Shown here piece by piece: positions 47,079-56,748 of a stretch of DNA of 64,000 nucleotides. Below the pieces are notes generated by a model that was given only the letters and a program-made list of their open reading frames with translations, did no database searches and was not told where the DNA came from. Each line of letters starts with the position of its first letter. Positions within the stretch are counted from its first letter, which is position 1. The position numbers and the translations under genes are program-made. The stretch is from Candidatus Bathyarchaeota archaeon (GTDB lineage Archaea; Thermoproteota; Bathyarchaeia; TCS64), in contig JBDRQD010000006.1 in assembly GCA_043826455.1 (NCBI GenBank), forward strand, positions 1-64,000, given 5' to 3'.

Positions 47079-47609
47079 CTAGGCGGTCACCGGCTTCGGC
47101 GTCGCGAGGCCCCTCCTCTCCCTCAGGGCCCTCATCTCGTTGGCCAGGTACTCCACGGGCTCCAGGTAGTCCGGGTAATCGTTGCGCCTCCTGAACTCCA
47201 ATGCTATGGGTCCCATCTTCTCCCAGTACCTCTGGACGCCTGAGGGGTTCAGCTCGTGGAGGAGCTCCAGGTCCAGGAGGCCCCTGCGCACCAGGGCCGC
47301 GAGGCTATTGTAGTAGTTGCGGGCTACGCGCCTGGCCACGTTGGCCTCGGGGTTCTTCAGGGGGCTGTACTTTTCCCAGTACTCGTCGTAGCTGCTCCAC
47401 TGCCACCGCCAGAGTATCTCCGTCAGGGCGTCGTCGAACTTCTCGTCTGTTATGTACTTGACTAGGCTGAGGTGGTGCTCCGCCCGCCGCGTATTAACCT
47501 CCACTAATTTAACTGCCAGGTACTGTCGGGAGAAGTACACCATGTAGGCTACCCCCAGGGTGAGGGCGAAGCCGCCCAGGGTCAGGGACACGCTTTGAAG
47601 GTCAACCAT
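47079..47609 (-). CDS. Hypothetical protein, N-terminal TM (DUF4760-like helical family)
   Basis: TM, then W..YDEYWEKY, G.LD..L, WEK..P....R, EYL..E. Confidence 0.65.
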   Translation of the reverse strand: MVDLQSVSLTLGGFALTLGVAYMVYFSRQYLAVKLVEVNTRRAEHHLSLVKYITDEKFDDALTEILWRWQWSSYDEYWEKYSPLKNPEANVARRVARNYYNSLAALVRRGLLDLELLHELNPSGVQRYWEKMGPIALEFRRRNDYPDYLEPVEYLANEMRALRERRGLATPKPVTA

Positions 47610-47721
47610 TTGGGTCAGAGGAGACTTGGAGCGATGTTGGGATAAGATTATGGTTCCACGGTAAGCCCGGAACTACCTCTTAGGAGTATAATTATAATGC
47701 CACCGCCCTGCACCAATACAC

Positions 47722-48276
47722 GTGACCCAAGCCACCGAGGACACCCTAAGGAGAATAGAGCAGTCAGCCGGGAGAAGGTACCTCCCCATCATCGGGCGCG
47801 AGAAGGGCAGGCTCCTAGGCGAGATCGTCGTCAAGCACAAACCTAGACGGGTGCTGGAGGTGGGGACCCTGGTGGGGTACTCCACCATCCAGATGGGGAA
47901 GACCATGGGTGGCGACGCCGAGATAGTGACCATCGAGGTGGATCGGGATGAGGCGGAGGCTGCGAGGGAGAACATCCGAGCCTCTGGGATAAAGCCCAGG
48001 GTGACGGTGATCACCGGTGACGCCCTGGACGTCATCCCGAAGCTTGAAGGAACCTTCGATCTGGTCTTCCTGGATGCCGCCAAGCACCAGTACCTGGCCT
48101 ACCTGAGACTGGTGGAGGACAGGCTGGGAGCCGGCGCCGTGGTGGTGGCCGACAACGCCGGAATCAGCTCTAGGGCAATGAGAGAATATCTGGAGTATGT
48201 CCGGGGCTCCGGAAGGTACAGCAGCGAGTACATCCCCGTGGGCTGGGACGGTGTAGAGGTCAGCGTCAAATGGTGA
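47722..48276 (+). CDS. O-methyltransferase (class I SAM, COMT/TrmR-like)
   Basis: VLEVGT.VGYS, GDA, FDLVFLDAAK..Y, VADN. Confidence 0.9.
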   Translation: MTQATEDTLRRIEQSAGRRYLPIIGREKGRLLGEIVVKHKPRRVLEVGTLVGYSTIQMGKTMGGDAEIVTIEVDRDEAEAARENIRASGIKPRVTVITGDALDVIPKLEGTFDLVFLDAAKHQYLAYLRLVEDRLGAGAVVVADNAGISSRAMREYLEYVRGSGRYSSEYIPVGWDGVEVSVKW

Positions 48277-48313
48277 CCGGCTCAGGTTCAAGGTAACTCT
48301 CTCAAACGCTTCA

Positions 48314-48658
48314 TTGGTGTCCTCACGTGATGGATCAATGTTAGATAATCGCCTTAAACCGGGTCCCCGACCAGACACAGGCATGATCCGGTTCAGCAGA
48401 ACCAGCTTCGGCCAGTGTCTGGGCTTCCTGACCTGCGTCCGGGACGGCCTGTCCGCCCGCGGCATCAAGGAGAGGCTGGGCCTCAGCAGGTACAGCTATG
48501 AGTACACCCGTAACAGGCTCCTTAGGCTCAGGCTCGTGGTCTACGACGGGGACCAGTTGCTTCTCACAGACAAGGGCCTGAACGTGCTTACCTACAGCGC
48601 CGATGCATCAGCCGGCCATGACGAAGCTGAGCTGAAGATCGCTCAGCAGCCCCCTTAG
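48314..48658 (+). CDS. Small wHTH protein
   Basis: I.E.LGLS..SY....N.L..L.LV......LTDKG..VL. Confidence 0.55.
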   Translation: MVSSRDGSMLDNRLKPGPRPDTGMIRFSRTSFGQCLGFLTCVRDGLSARGIKERLGLSRYSYEYTRNRLLRLRLVVYDGDQLLLTDKGLNVLTYSADASAGHDEAELKIAQQPP

Positions 48659-48916
48659 TTGATTCACCTCGTCCTCTGAGGCAAGAGCCGCCAACTGATC
48701 GACCAGGACGCTCACCGAGTCTATGGCCACCTTGGCCCGCCTCAGGTCCTTCACGGGTTCAGCGTCCTCCTTCACTGGCGCCCCCAGGTAATCAAGAGCC
48801 TTGCCGGCGAGGGCCCCTATGAAGAATCGGAGCAGCTGGTCCACCTCCAGATATTTGAGGTCGTAGGACTGCACGTCCTCTCTCTCAGAGCTCATGCACC
48901 ATATCTGGGGTGTCAA
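48608..48916 (-). CDS. DUF1844 family protein
   Basis: A..YLG, DL..AK.AID, L...LSDLQL.FV. Confidence 0.8.
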   Translation of the reverse strand: MTPQIWCMSSEREDVQSYDLKYLEVDQLLRFFIGALAGKALDYLGAPVKEDAEPVKDLRRAKVAIDSVSVLVDQLAALASEDEVNQLRGLLSDLQLSFVMAG

Positions 48917-49159
48917 CGGAAAAACTCATCCAATGGAGGACCCCATGAAGCACCTGTTCGAAGGTAAAAGCCGGACCGGTGTGTGGCGTTGTACCTCACG
49001 CGAAGGTTTTTTAACCGCGGTTCAGGGGCGAATCTAAGTAGTCTTAGTCTCCTTTTCTCCAAACTGGCGCTAAGACTACTAACGTCTAAGCAAACGTCAC
49101 CCCTCTCAAGAGACTTGTCAGCCACCGGATGGAGGAGCTGCTCATTAATCACAATGGAC

Positions 49160-49453
49160 TCAAACTAGGAGGAGGAGCCTGTCATCCAGGCTGCGGAGCC
49201 GCTTCACCGAGTAACCCCTATCCCGTAAGCCGCCGACAACGAACTCCACTTCGTCCCCGCCCAGGGGCCTAGCCACCTCGGCCTTCACGGCGAAGAGAGG
49301 CTCCTCAGGGCTGTAGACATCCACGCCCCTGCGTCTGGTGACGGATACGCTGTACTCTCGGATGCCGAGGTGGAGGAGGGCGCCCTCCACAAGCCTGTGG
49401 ACCTCCTGTCTCCGCTCCTCTATGTAGGAGCCGACGGCGTCACCTTTAGGCAA
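49160..49453 (-). CDS. Hypothetical protein
   Basis: 97-aa ORF overlapping the PRT stop; genome-like codon usage. Confidence 0.6.
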   Translation of the reverse strand: MPKGDAVGSYIEERRQEVHRLVEGALLHLGIREYSVSVTRRRGVDVYSPEEPLFAVKAEVARPLGGDEVEFVVGGLRDRGYSVKRLRSLDDRLLLLV

Positions 49454-50063
49454 GGCGCCTGCGCTCTATCTCGGCCTGTACTTCCCTTATCTGGTCGCGG
49501 CTGAGGTCTATGCTGAAGCTGGACTTGAGGCGCCTCTTGACCTCCTCCAGGTTCCCTGCCCCCTCGGCGGCCTTGGCCACCAGGTTGCACATGTCCTCCA
49601 CGAAGTTCCAGGGGAAGACCACCCACCGCCACGTGATCTCGTCCCCATAGTAGTCGGGCACGAACTTGCTGCCCATTATGTGGCGGAGGGCGGCGGTCCT
49701 GATCTCGGCGGGGTTCTTCTCCCTGACGTAGTCCACGGCCAGCTTCATGCTGTCCCCTGTGTCTGTGATGTCGTCCACCACCAGCACCCTCCTGCCGGTG
49801 AGGTCTATGTCGAAGGGGTACTTGATCTGGGCCTTGCCGTCGGGGGTCGCGGTGACCCCCCAGTGCTCCACCTTGAGGCTCACCAGGTCCTTCACCCCCA
49901 GGTAGTCGCAGAGGACCCTACTGAGGACCCAGCCGCCCCGGGCCAGGCCCACCATGAAGTCGGGCCTGTACCCGGACTCTATTATCTTCTTGGCGACCGC
50001 CTTTCCGAGGCGGTCGAAGAGGCCCCAGTCCATGACTTCGCACTCGAACTTATCCCCAGGCAT
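49446..50063 (-). CDS. Type I phosphoribosyltransferase (archaeal purine PRT-like)
   Basis: GLARGG, VLVVDDITDTGDS PRPP loop, WVVFPWN; ATG at 50063. Confidence 0.92.
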   Translation of the reverse strand: MPGDKFECEVMDWGLFDRLGKAVAKKIIESGYRPDFMVGLARGGWVLSRVLCDYLGVKDLVSLKVEHWGVTATPDGKAQIKYPFDIDLTGRRVLVVDDITDTGDSMKLAVDYVREKNPAEIRTAALRHIMGSKFVPDYYGDEITWRWVVFPWNFVEDMCNLVAKAAEGAGNLEEVKRRLKSSFSIDLSRDQIREVQAEIERRRLA

Positions 50064-50125
50064 AACGTAGAAAAAAGAAGGGACGATGCTTAAGACAGTT
50101 TGCCACCCAGGCGCCCAGCCTGAGC

Positions 50126-51127
50126 CTAGGATAACCCGAGGAGCCGCCCCGGGTTGTCCTTCACCATGGCACCGATGTCCGCCTCGGGGACACCCAGGTC
50201 CATGAGGCAGGCTATGAACTCTCGGAGCCCCTCCACGGGGGTGGGCAGGGTGTAGACGCCGAAGTCTGTGCATATTATGCAGCGCTCGGCTCCCAGCTCC
50301 TTCATCTGGGCGGCCGCCTGCTTGACGCCTCCGCCTACCTCGCCGCTCATCCCCTCGTCTATGCTGGCGTACTCCCGCTCCACGTAGTAGTGGGTCTTAG
50401 GGATGGTGGTGGTGTGGGTGTACGCCGCCAGCGTGTACTCTATGTAAGCGCCCCTCCCGGCCATGTAGCTGAGCTCATCCAAAGTGGCCTCCTTGACCAC
50501 GGCGCTGGACACCACCACCCGCTCGATCCCATACTCGGCAGCGTAGTCCACCAGCCTGACGGCCTCGGGCACCGAGACGTGGCCTGTGATCATGTAGACG
50601 TGGGGGTGAGCGGCGATGAGCCGGAGTATCTCGTCCAGATCCCTGCTGGGTGCTCCCTCGGGGACCCTGATACAGGTGTCCAGCTCCCTCATGAACTCGG
50701 GGAATAGTTCGCTGAGGGGCTTGAAGACGCCATCCACGACGCGGCCCTCCCTCGCCGCCTGGTACAATGTGCTGTGGGCGCCGAAGCTGACGTACTTCGC
50801 CCCGTCACCGTAGTAGAGGGCGGTCTTCACGGCTCTGGGGTTCATTCCACCGTACACCGTGTTGAGGATGAGGCCGCCGTAGGTCTGGAAGTCGGGGACG
50901 GCCCTGTTCACCAGCCAGGCCGTACCGTTGCTCATCTCAAAGACGTCCATGAAGACGATGGCCCTCATCCCGGCGTCCCTGGCCTGGACGGCGGCCTGGA
51001 AGGGGTCCACCCTGCGGGGGCTGCTGAAGATGTGGGGCCCGGCGTGGACGTGGATGTCTATGGCGCCCCTGAGGAGCTCCTCGGACCTCTGGAGGGTCCT
51101 GCCCTCAGGTAGAAACCTGTCCCTCAA
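50126..51127 (-). CDS. Amidohydrolase-fold protein (DUF6282-like)
   Basis: GAIDIHVHAGP, LN..YGG.NP.AV, TGHVS, TDFG, NP.RLLG. Confidence 0.8.
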   Translation of the reverse strand: MRDRFLPEGRTLQRSEELLRGAIDIHVHAGPHIFSSPRRVDPFQAAVQARDAGMRAIVFMDVFEMSNGTAWLVNRAVPDFQTYGGLILNTVYGGMNPRAVKTALYYGDGAKYVSFGAHSTLYQAAREGRVVDGVFKPLSELFPEFMRELDTCIRVPEGAPSRDLDEILRLIAAHPHVYMITGHVSVPEAVRLVDYAAEYGIERVVVSSAVVKEATLDELSYMAGRGAYIEYTLAAYTHTTTIPKTHYYVEREYASIDEGMSGEVGGGVKQAAAQMKELGAERCIICTDFGVYTLPTPVEGLREFIACLMDLGVPEADIGAMVKDNPGRLLGLS

Positions 51128-51253
51128 ACCGTATCAAGGATATCACTCGTCGGTGGAATATAGTATCTACTTCCCGTCACCATTTCCACCCCTGCGCCGA
51201 ACGCTCGCGCGGTTTAAAGGCAACCTTTCCAATAGGGTTACCGGTGAGGATCG

Positions 51254-52060
51254 GTGAGGTACTGCTCTAAATGCGGTAAGGAGAACAGCGACACAGCCGA
51301 GTTCTGTAAGCACTGCGGCGAGAAACTGGCCGGCGTCACCTACGTGAAGCCCAGGGGTTCGGGCTGGGACGCGGGCCGCGTCATAGTCACCATCATCGGC
51401 GTCGTCATGATCTTCACGGCTTTCGGCCTCGTCATGGGGGGCGGCAGCCTCAGGTTCATCAGGGGCACCATAATGGACGATGAGGGCTTCATCGTGAGCG
51501 GTGTGAAAGGGGTGTCCTCTTCCTCCTACGCTATAGTTTTCCAGAACCTGGACGTGCACATCGACGACGAGGCGAGCAGGGTGATGAGGGCCATGGGGGG
51601 TGACATTGTGTTCAAGTTAGAGGCTACAAGCGGGGACCCGTCCAAGGCCGTGTTCCTGGGGGTGGCGCAAGACTCGTACGCCGCCGCCTACCTGGGCCAG
51701 GTGGAGTACGACAGGCTTGTGAGCTCCAGATGGGAGTACGACCCCTTCGTCAACGATTTCCCGGAGTACACCCTTAGCAGGCACCCCGGCTCGGCTCCCT
51801 CAGGGCCGCCCACCATGCACAGCTTCTGGGTCGTCCACCAGTACGGGACGGGGAGCCAGGTGCTCACGTGGAGGCCGACCACGGGCAGCTACTGGGTCGT
51901 AGTGATGAACGAGGACGCCTCGGCTGGGGTGGACGTGGACGTCAAGCTGGGTGTGAGGGTTCCCCTCATTGAGAGCCTAGGGGGGATACTGCTGTTCAGC
52001 GGCATCATCATAGGGCTCATTGGCGGGTTCATCATCTACCACGCCGTCATACGCAGGTGA
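51254..52060 (+). CDS. Zinc-ribbon membrane protein
   Basis: CSKCG..N...A.FCKHCG, TM, extracellular domain with YWVVVMNED.S.GV, C-terminal TM. Confidence 0.8.
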   Translation: MRYCSKCGKENSDTAEFCKHCGEKLAGVTYVKPRGSGWDAGRVIVTIIGVVMIFTAFGLVMGGGSLRFIRGTIMDDEGFIVSGVKGVSSSSYAIVFQNLDVHIDDEASRVMRAMGGDIVFKLEATSGDPSKAVFLGVAQDSYAAAYLGQVEYDRLVSSRWEYDPFVNDFPEYTLSRHPGSAPSGPPTMHSFWVVHQYGTGSQVLTWRPTTGSYWVVVMNEDASAGVDVDVKLGVRVPLIESLGGILLFSGIIIGLIGGFIIYHAVIRR

Positions 52061-52144
52061 AGCCAACCTTTTTCTAGCACCTACCCGATCCTGTGACGGA
52101 GAGGCGATGAGGCTATAACCCTCGCCGCTCAAGGTGAATACGAG

Positions 52145-52555
52145 ATGGAGAAAGACTACAAGAACATGCTGGAGCGCGCCTACTCCCAGCTCCCCGAGGA
52201 CACTGGGCCCCTGGACAGGTTCACTGTGCCCAGGGCGGACGTCCGTCAGCAGGGAAGGAGGAGCGTCATCGTCAACTTCATGGAGATAGCTGAGGCATTG
52301 CGTAGAGACCCCGACCACCTGATGAAGTTCATACTCAACGAGACTGCCACCAGGGGCACCCTGGACGGCAACAGGGCTATGCTGCAGGGCAGGTTCAACG
52401 CCGAGACCATCAGGAACATCGTGGACATCTACACCAACAGGTATGTCATCTGCCCCGTGTGCGGCCGCCCCGACACCCACATGGTGAAGGACAGGAGGCT
52501 CACCTTCCTCCAGTGCGACGCCTGCGGCGCCAGGAGCAGCATAGGGAAGGCCTAG
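52145..52555 (+). CDS. eif2b: Translation initiation factor 2 subunit beta
   Basis: Y..MLERAY, NF.EIA..L.RDP.HL, YV.CPVCG.PDT, CDACGA. Confidence 0.96.
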   Translation: MEKDYKNMLERAYSQLPEDTGPLDRFTVPRADVRQQGRRSVIVNFMEIAEALRRDPDHLMKFILNETATRGTLDGNRAMLQGRFNAETIRNIVDIYTNRYVICPVCGRPDTHMVKDRRLTFLQCDACGARSSIGKA

Positions 52556-52557
52556 CG

Positions 52558-52857
52558 TTGGGCAGGGTCTACGTCAAGTCCATGCGCCGCGGCAAGGACA
52601 CCGTGGTGGCGGTCTGCGACGAGGAGATCCTGGGCGCGACCCTTGAGGGGGGCAGGGTGCCCTTCACGGTGAGCGAGGGCTTCTACAAGGGAGTCCTGGG
52701 CGACGTAGAGGAGGCCCTAGAGGCCATGAGGCGGGCCACCATCTGCAACCTGGTGGGCAAGAGGATCGTCGAGGCGGCCATCGGGTGCAGGATGGTGCAC
52801 GAGCGGGCCGTAATATACTTCGGTGACGTGCCCCACGCCCAGATAGTGAAGCTGTAG
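52558..52857 (+). CDS. DUF424 family protein
   Basis: VAVCDEE.LG, FY.G, ATI.NLVG.R.V..A, VPHAQ. Confidence 0.88.
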   Translation: MGRVYVKSMRRGKDTVVAVCDEEILGATLEGGRVPFTVSEGFYKGVLGDVEEALEAMRRATICNLVGKRIVEAAIGCRMVHERAVIYFGDVPHAQIVKL

Positions 52858-52905
52858 GGATAATCTCTTTTAGCCGTACGGTCACTTCCTTACGGTGAAG
52901 TTTTC

Positions 52906-54159
52906 TTGGACTACAAGGTCAAGGACATTGGGCTCGCTGAGCAGGGCGAGCTGTTGATCGACTGGGCCACGGACCACATGCCCGTCCTGGGGCTCATCAG
53001 GAAGAGGTTCGAGAAGGAGAAGCCTCTGAAGGGTGTCCGGCTGGGCGCCGTACTCCACTGTACCAAGGAGACGGCGGTGCTGGTGCGGACCCTGGAGGCG
53101 GGGGGCGCCAAGGTGGCTATCGCCGGCTCGAACCCCCTGTCCACCCAGGACGCGGTGGTGGCTGCTTTGGCTGCGTCAGGCACCCCGGTTTACGGCTGGA
53201 GGGAGCAGACCAAGGACGAGTACTACTGGTGCATCGACCAGCTCCTAGAGTTCAAGCCCCAGGTGACCATGGACGACGGCTGCGACCTGGTGAGCAGACT
53301 CCACGAGAAGGCGCCTGAGCTACTGGGCAAGGTCAAGGGTGGCAGCGAGGAGACCACCACGGGCGTCATCAGGCTCAGAGCCATGGAGAAGGACGGTGCG
53401 CTGAAGTACCCCATGGTGGCCGTGAACGACACCCCCACCAAGCGCCTCTTCGACAACAGGTACGGGACAGGGCAGAGCACCATTGACGGCATCCTGCGGG
53501 CGTCCAGCGTCATGATCGCGGGCAAGACCTTCGTGGTATGCGGCTACGGCTGGTGCAGCCGAGGCATAGCCATGAGGGCCAGGGGCATGGGCGCCAACGT
53601 CATAGTCACCGAGGTGAACCCTACCAGGGCCTTGGAGGCCGTGATGGACGGGTACAGGGTGATGCCGCTGCAGGAGGCGGCGCCCATCGGCGACATCTTC
53701 GTCACCAGCACAGGCAACGTCAACGTCATCGACGGGCACCACATGGAGAAGATGAGGGACGGCGCCATGCTGGCCAACAGCGGCCACTTCAACGTGGAGA
53801 TCAACATCCCGGCCCTGGAGAGCCTGTCCAAGGGCAAGCGCAGGATGCGGTCAGACCTAGACGAGTACAGGCTCAAGGACGGCAGGAAGATCTATCTGCT
53901 AGGTGAGGGCAGGCTGGTGAACTTGGCCGCGGCGGAGGGCCACCCCAGCGAGGTCATGGACCTGAGCTTCGCGGACCAGGCGCTGATAGCGGAGTGGCTG
54001 TGGAAGGGGCCCAAGCTGGCGGTCAGGGTCTACGATGTGCCCTCGGACATCGACGCCATGGTGGCCAGGCTGAAACTAGAGTCCATGGGCGTGGGCGTGG
54101 ACAAGCTGACCGAGCAGCAGCTCAAGTACATGAGCAGCTGGCGTGAGGGCACCACCTAG
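52906..54159 (+). CDS. ahcY: S-adenosylhomocysteine hydrolase
   Basis: [43 protein letters not shown]. Confidence 0.98.
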   Translation: MDYKVKDIGLAEQGELLIDWATDHMPVLGLIRKRFEKEKPLKGVRLGAVLHCTKETAVLVRTLEAGGAKVAIAGSNPLSTQDAVVAALAASGTPVYGWREQTKDEYYWCIDQLLEFKPQVTMDDGCDLVSRLHEKAPELLGKVKGGSEETTTGVIRLRAMEKDGALKYPMVAVNDTPTKRLFDNRYGTGQSTIDGILRASSVMIAGKTFVVCGYGWCSRGIAMRARGMGANVIVTEVNPTRALEAVMDGYRVMPLQEAAPIGDIFVTSTGNVNVIDGHHMEKMRDGAMLANSGHFNVEINIPALESLSKGKRRMRSDLDEYRLKDGRKIYLLGEGRLVNLAAAEGHPSEVMDLSFADQALIAEWLWKGPKLAVRVYDVPSDIDAMVARLKLESMGVGVDKLTEQQLKYMSSWREGTT

Positions 54160-55370
54160 CTGAGGCAGACACCGTCCTCAGTGCCCCGGAGAATCCCCCT
54201 CTCCACCAGGAACTCTATGCTGTTCTCGGTCTCCCCGGGGGTGAAGCCCTGGCGGCTCATCTCCCGGACCAGCCACGACGGCTGGTAGAAGAAGCCCGGA
54301 ATCTTTATGGTGCGCACTATCTGGCGGCTGCACGCCTTGATACGGCTCTCGTTGCTCATCAGCGGCCCCATAATGGTCTCCACGCGGCTGGTGAGGGGCG
54401 CCGCCGGAATGCCCAGGCTGTTCTTCACGTGCTTGTAGAAGTCCTTGGTCATGCTTCCGCCGTGGAAGGTGAGCACCCGCTTGGGCTTGCACCTGCGCGT
54501 GTAGCTCATCAAGCTCCGGTAGTCGGCGTGGTCGCTGAGGGGAAACGCTGTCCGCTTCTTGCCCATGATGATGGCCCAGCCCGAGGCAAGGGCCTCATCG
54601 GCGTCGCCGGCTGTGATCTTGCTGCCCTTGGGGGTGACTATGGCGCACTTACCGGAGTCTATGAGGTCCAGTCCCTCCGAGCTTTTAGCGTCCACGCTGT
54701 CCAGGTTGTAGCCAAGCTCCCTGTACACGTCCGTGACGGGCGTCGCGCTCTTAGCCGTCACCGCCGGGAGGTTGGTGTACTGGTTGAGGATGCTGATGAT
54801 CTCCTGGGCGTTGCCTATGCTGTCCGTCTTGAACACCGGTATCCTGCCGCTGAGCACCGTGTTCACCGCCCACTGGTATATCTCCACGGCCACGTCGTCC
54901 CTCTTGGGGAAGCTGAACATGGGAGCACCGAAGGTGGTCTCCACTATCAGGATGTCACAGTCCACGGGGGGCGCAGGGTCCATGGTGAAGGTGGTCTCGG
55001 TGCACAGGTCGCCGGTATAGAGCACCGTGCCCCCCGGGGTGTTGACCTCGTACATGACGCTGCCCAGGACGTGGCCGCTGTTGTGGGCCCGGACCTCTAT
55101 GTCTCCGATGGCTATCTTGCCCCCCGCCTTTACAGGCTCCAGGTTCTCCAGGCGCTTCCACCCCATTGCTCCGAGGAGCCGTAGCGTCTCAGTGGTGGCG
55201 TACTTGGTGCGCTCGGGGTGCTTGAAGGCCGCGGCGTGGTCGGCGTGGGCGTGGGTGACGAAGGTCGGGTAGCTGTGGGTGTTGCGGGTAGGATCGAGTA
55301 CGATCCCCTGGTCTCCGTACTCTACCACCACTCCGCCGCTGAAACGTACCTTAAGATCCACTTGGGCCAC
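54156..55370 (-). CDS. MBL/beta-CASP-like nuclease with C-terminal extension
   Basis: THAHADH, SGHVLGS, YTGD, ETTFG.P, LSDHAD, TFHG. Confidence 0.85.
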   Translation of the reverse strand: MAQVDLKVRFSGGVVVEYGDQGIVLDPTRNTHSYPTFVTHAHADHAAAFKHPERTKYATTETLRLLGAMGWKRLENLEPVKAGGKIAIGDIEVRAHNSGHVLGSVMYEVNTPGGTVLYTGDLCTETTFTMDPAPPVDCDILIVETTFGAPMFSFPKRDDVAVEIYQWAVNTVLSGRIPVFKTDSIGNAQEIISILNQYTNLPAVTAKSATPVTDVYRELGYNLDSVDAKSSEGLDLIDSGKCAIVTPKGSKITAGDADEALASGWAIIMGKKRTAFPLSDHADYRSLMSYTRRCKPKRVLTFHGGSMTKDFYKHVKNSLGIPAAPLTSRVETIMGPLMSNESRIKACSRQIVRTIKIPGFFYQPSWLVREMSRQGFTPGETENSIEFLVERGILRGTEDGVCLS

Positions 55371-55438
55371 CGGACTGAATCATTATAATTCTGGTGAATT
55401 GTCCCAATAAGGAGTGCGGCGTTATTTATACCCGCTGG

Positions 55439-55813
55439 TCACCGGGTCTGCAGCATAAGTATGGCCTGGGCCAGGTCTCCGCCGCTCTGCTCCAACGCTG
55501 CACGGGCCTTCTCCATGCTCACGTTGGCCTGCTGCGCCACCAGGAGCACGTCCTCCTCAGGGATCTCGGGGGGCGCCTCCTCCGCCACCTCCTCAGCGGG
55601 GGCAGCCTCCGGCTTCCTTGTGGTCTCCCTGCCGCCCACCACGTTGTACATCTTCTGGCCCTGCACGTTCATGCTGGTGACGGCGGGACCCTCGATGATG
55701 ATCTCCCTGGTGTCGCTCTGGAGGATGACTCGCTTGATGTCACCCAGCTCATCCATCTTCATGCCCATCTGCTGCATCATGCGGCGGGCCCGCCTAGAAT
55801 CCATCCTAGCCAT
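55439..55813 (-). CDS. nac: Nascent polypeptide-associated complex protein
   Basis: RRMMQQMGM, IPEEDV.LVAQQA.VS...A..AL....GDLA.AI UBA domain. Confidence 0.95.
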   Translation of the reverse strand: MARMDSRRARRMMQQMGMKMDELGDIKRVILQSDTREIIIEGPAVTSMNVQGQKMYNVVGGRETTRKPEAAPAEEVAEEAPPEIPEEDVLLVAQQANVSMEKARAALEQSGGDLAQAILMLQTR

Positions 55814-55907
55814 GGCGTGTTCGCAGAATATGAAGGGCAACTGGAATTTAAATCATGAAGGGTACGCCTTGAAGAATTGAAAAGAGAATAGATGGAGGAA
55901 AGAGAGG

Positions 55908-56747
55908 CTAAAGGGTCTTGGCGGCTGCCTTCACCGTGTTCCTGAGGAGCATGGCTATGAGCATAGGGCCCACACCGCCTGGCACCGGGGTGATAGCGGA
56001 CGCCTTCTCCATGGCGGCCTCCGCGTCCACGTCCCCGAACACCTTCTTGCCCTCGTAGTTATTGCCGTTGTCGATTACCACGACGCCCTTCTTCAGCATG
56101 TCGCCCGTGACCCCGTGCTTCGTGAACATCTCGGTGCTCACCACGTCGGCCTGCCTCACCAGCTCAGCCAGGTGGGGGCACTTGGGGCCCACCACGGTTA
56201 CGCGTAGCTTCAAGTTGGCCAGCACAGCGGCCAGAGGCTTGGATAGGAAGTTGGATTTGCCAACAACCACCCAGTGCTTGTTCTCAGGGTCGATGCCGTA
56301 CCTCTTCAGGAGCTCCAGGATAGCCTCGACGCCCGCCGGCATATACGCCTCCTCACCCATGAGCAACTTGCCCAGGGTGTTGGGGCACAGACCGTCCACG
56401 TCCTTCCTAGGGTCGATGGCGTCCACCGCAGACAGCTCGTCCAGCCCCTCAGCCAAGGGCAGCTGCACCATGATGCCGTGGATCTTGGGGTCCTTGTTCA
56501 GCTTGCAGATGAGGGCTACAAGGTCCTTCTGGGTGGTCTTCTCCAGGTGGTGAAACTCGGCGTAGAGGCCCAGCTCCTCGGCCTTCTTCGCCTTCATGCC
56601 CACGTAGCGGGCGCTGTACTTGTCCTCGCCCGTGAGGACAAGGGCCAGGCCCGGTGTGACTCCCTTGGCCTTGAGATCGGCCACCTGGGCGGCCAGCTCC
56701 TGCATCACCGTCTCGGTGGTCGCCCGCCCGTCCAATATTGTGGCCAT
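55908..56747 (-). CDS. folD: Methylene-THF dehydrogenase/cyclohydrolase
   Basis: Y...K, GIMVQLPL, KDVDG, ITPVPGGVGPM. Confidence 0.95.
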   Translation of the reverse strand: MATILDGRATTETVMQELAAQVADLKAKGVTPGLALVLTGEDKYSARYVGMKAKKAEELGLYAEFHHLEKTTQKDLVALICKLNKDPKIHGIMVQLPLAEGLDELSAVDAIDPRKDVDGLCPNTLGKLLMGEEAYMPAGVEAILELLKRYGIDPENKHWVVVGKSNFLSKPLAAVLANLKLRVTVVGPKCPHLAELVRQADVVSTEMFTKHGVTGDMLKKGVVVIDNGNNYEGKKVFGDVDAEAAMEKASAITPVPGGVGPMLIAMLLRNTVKAAAKTL

Positions 56748-56748
56748 C

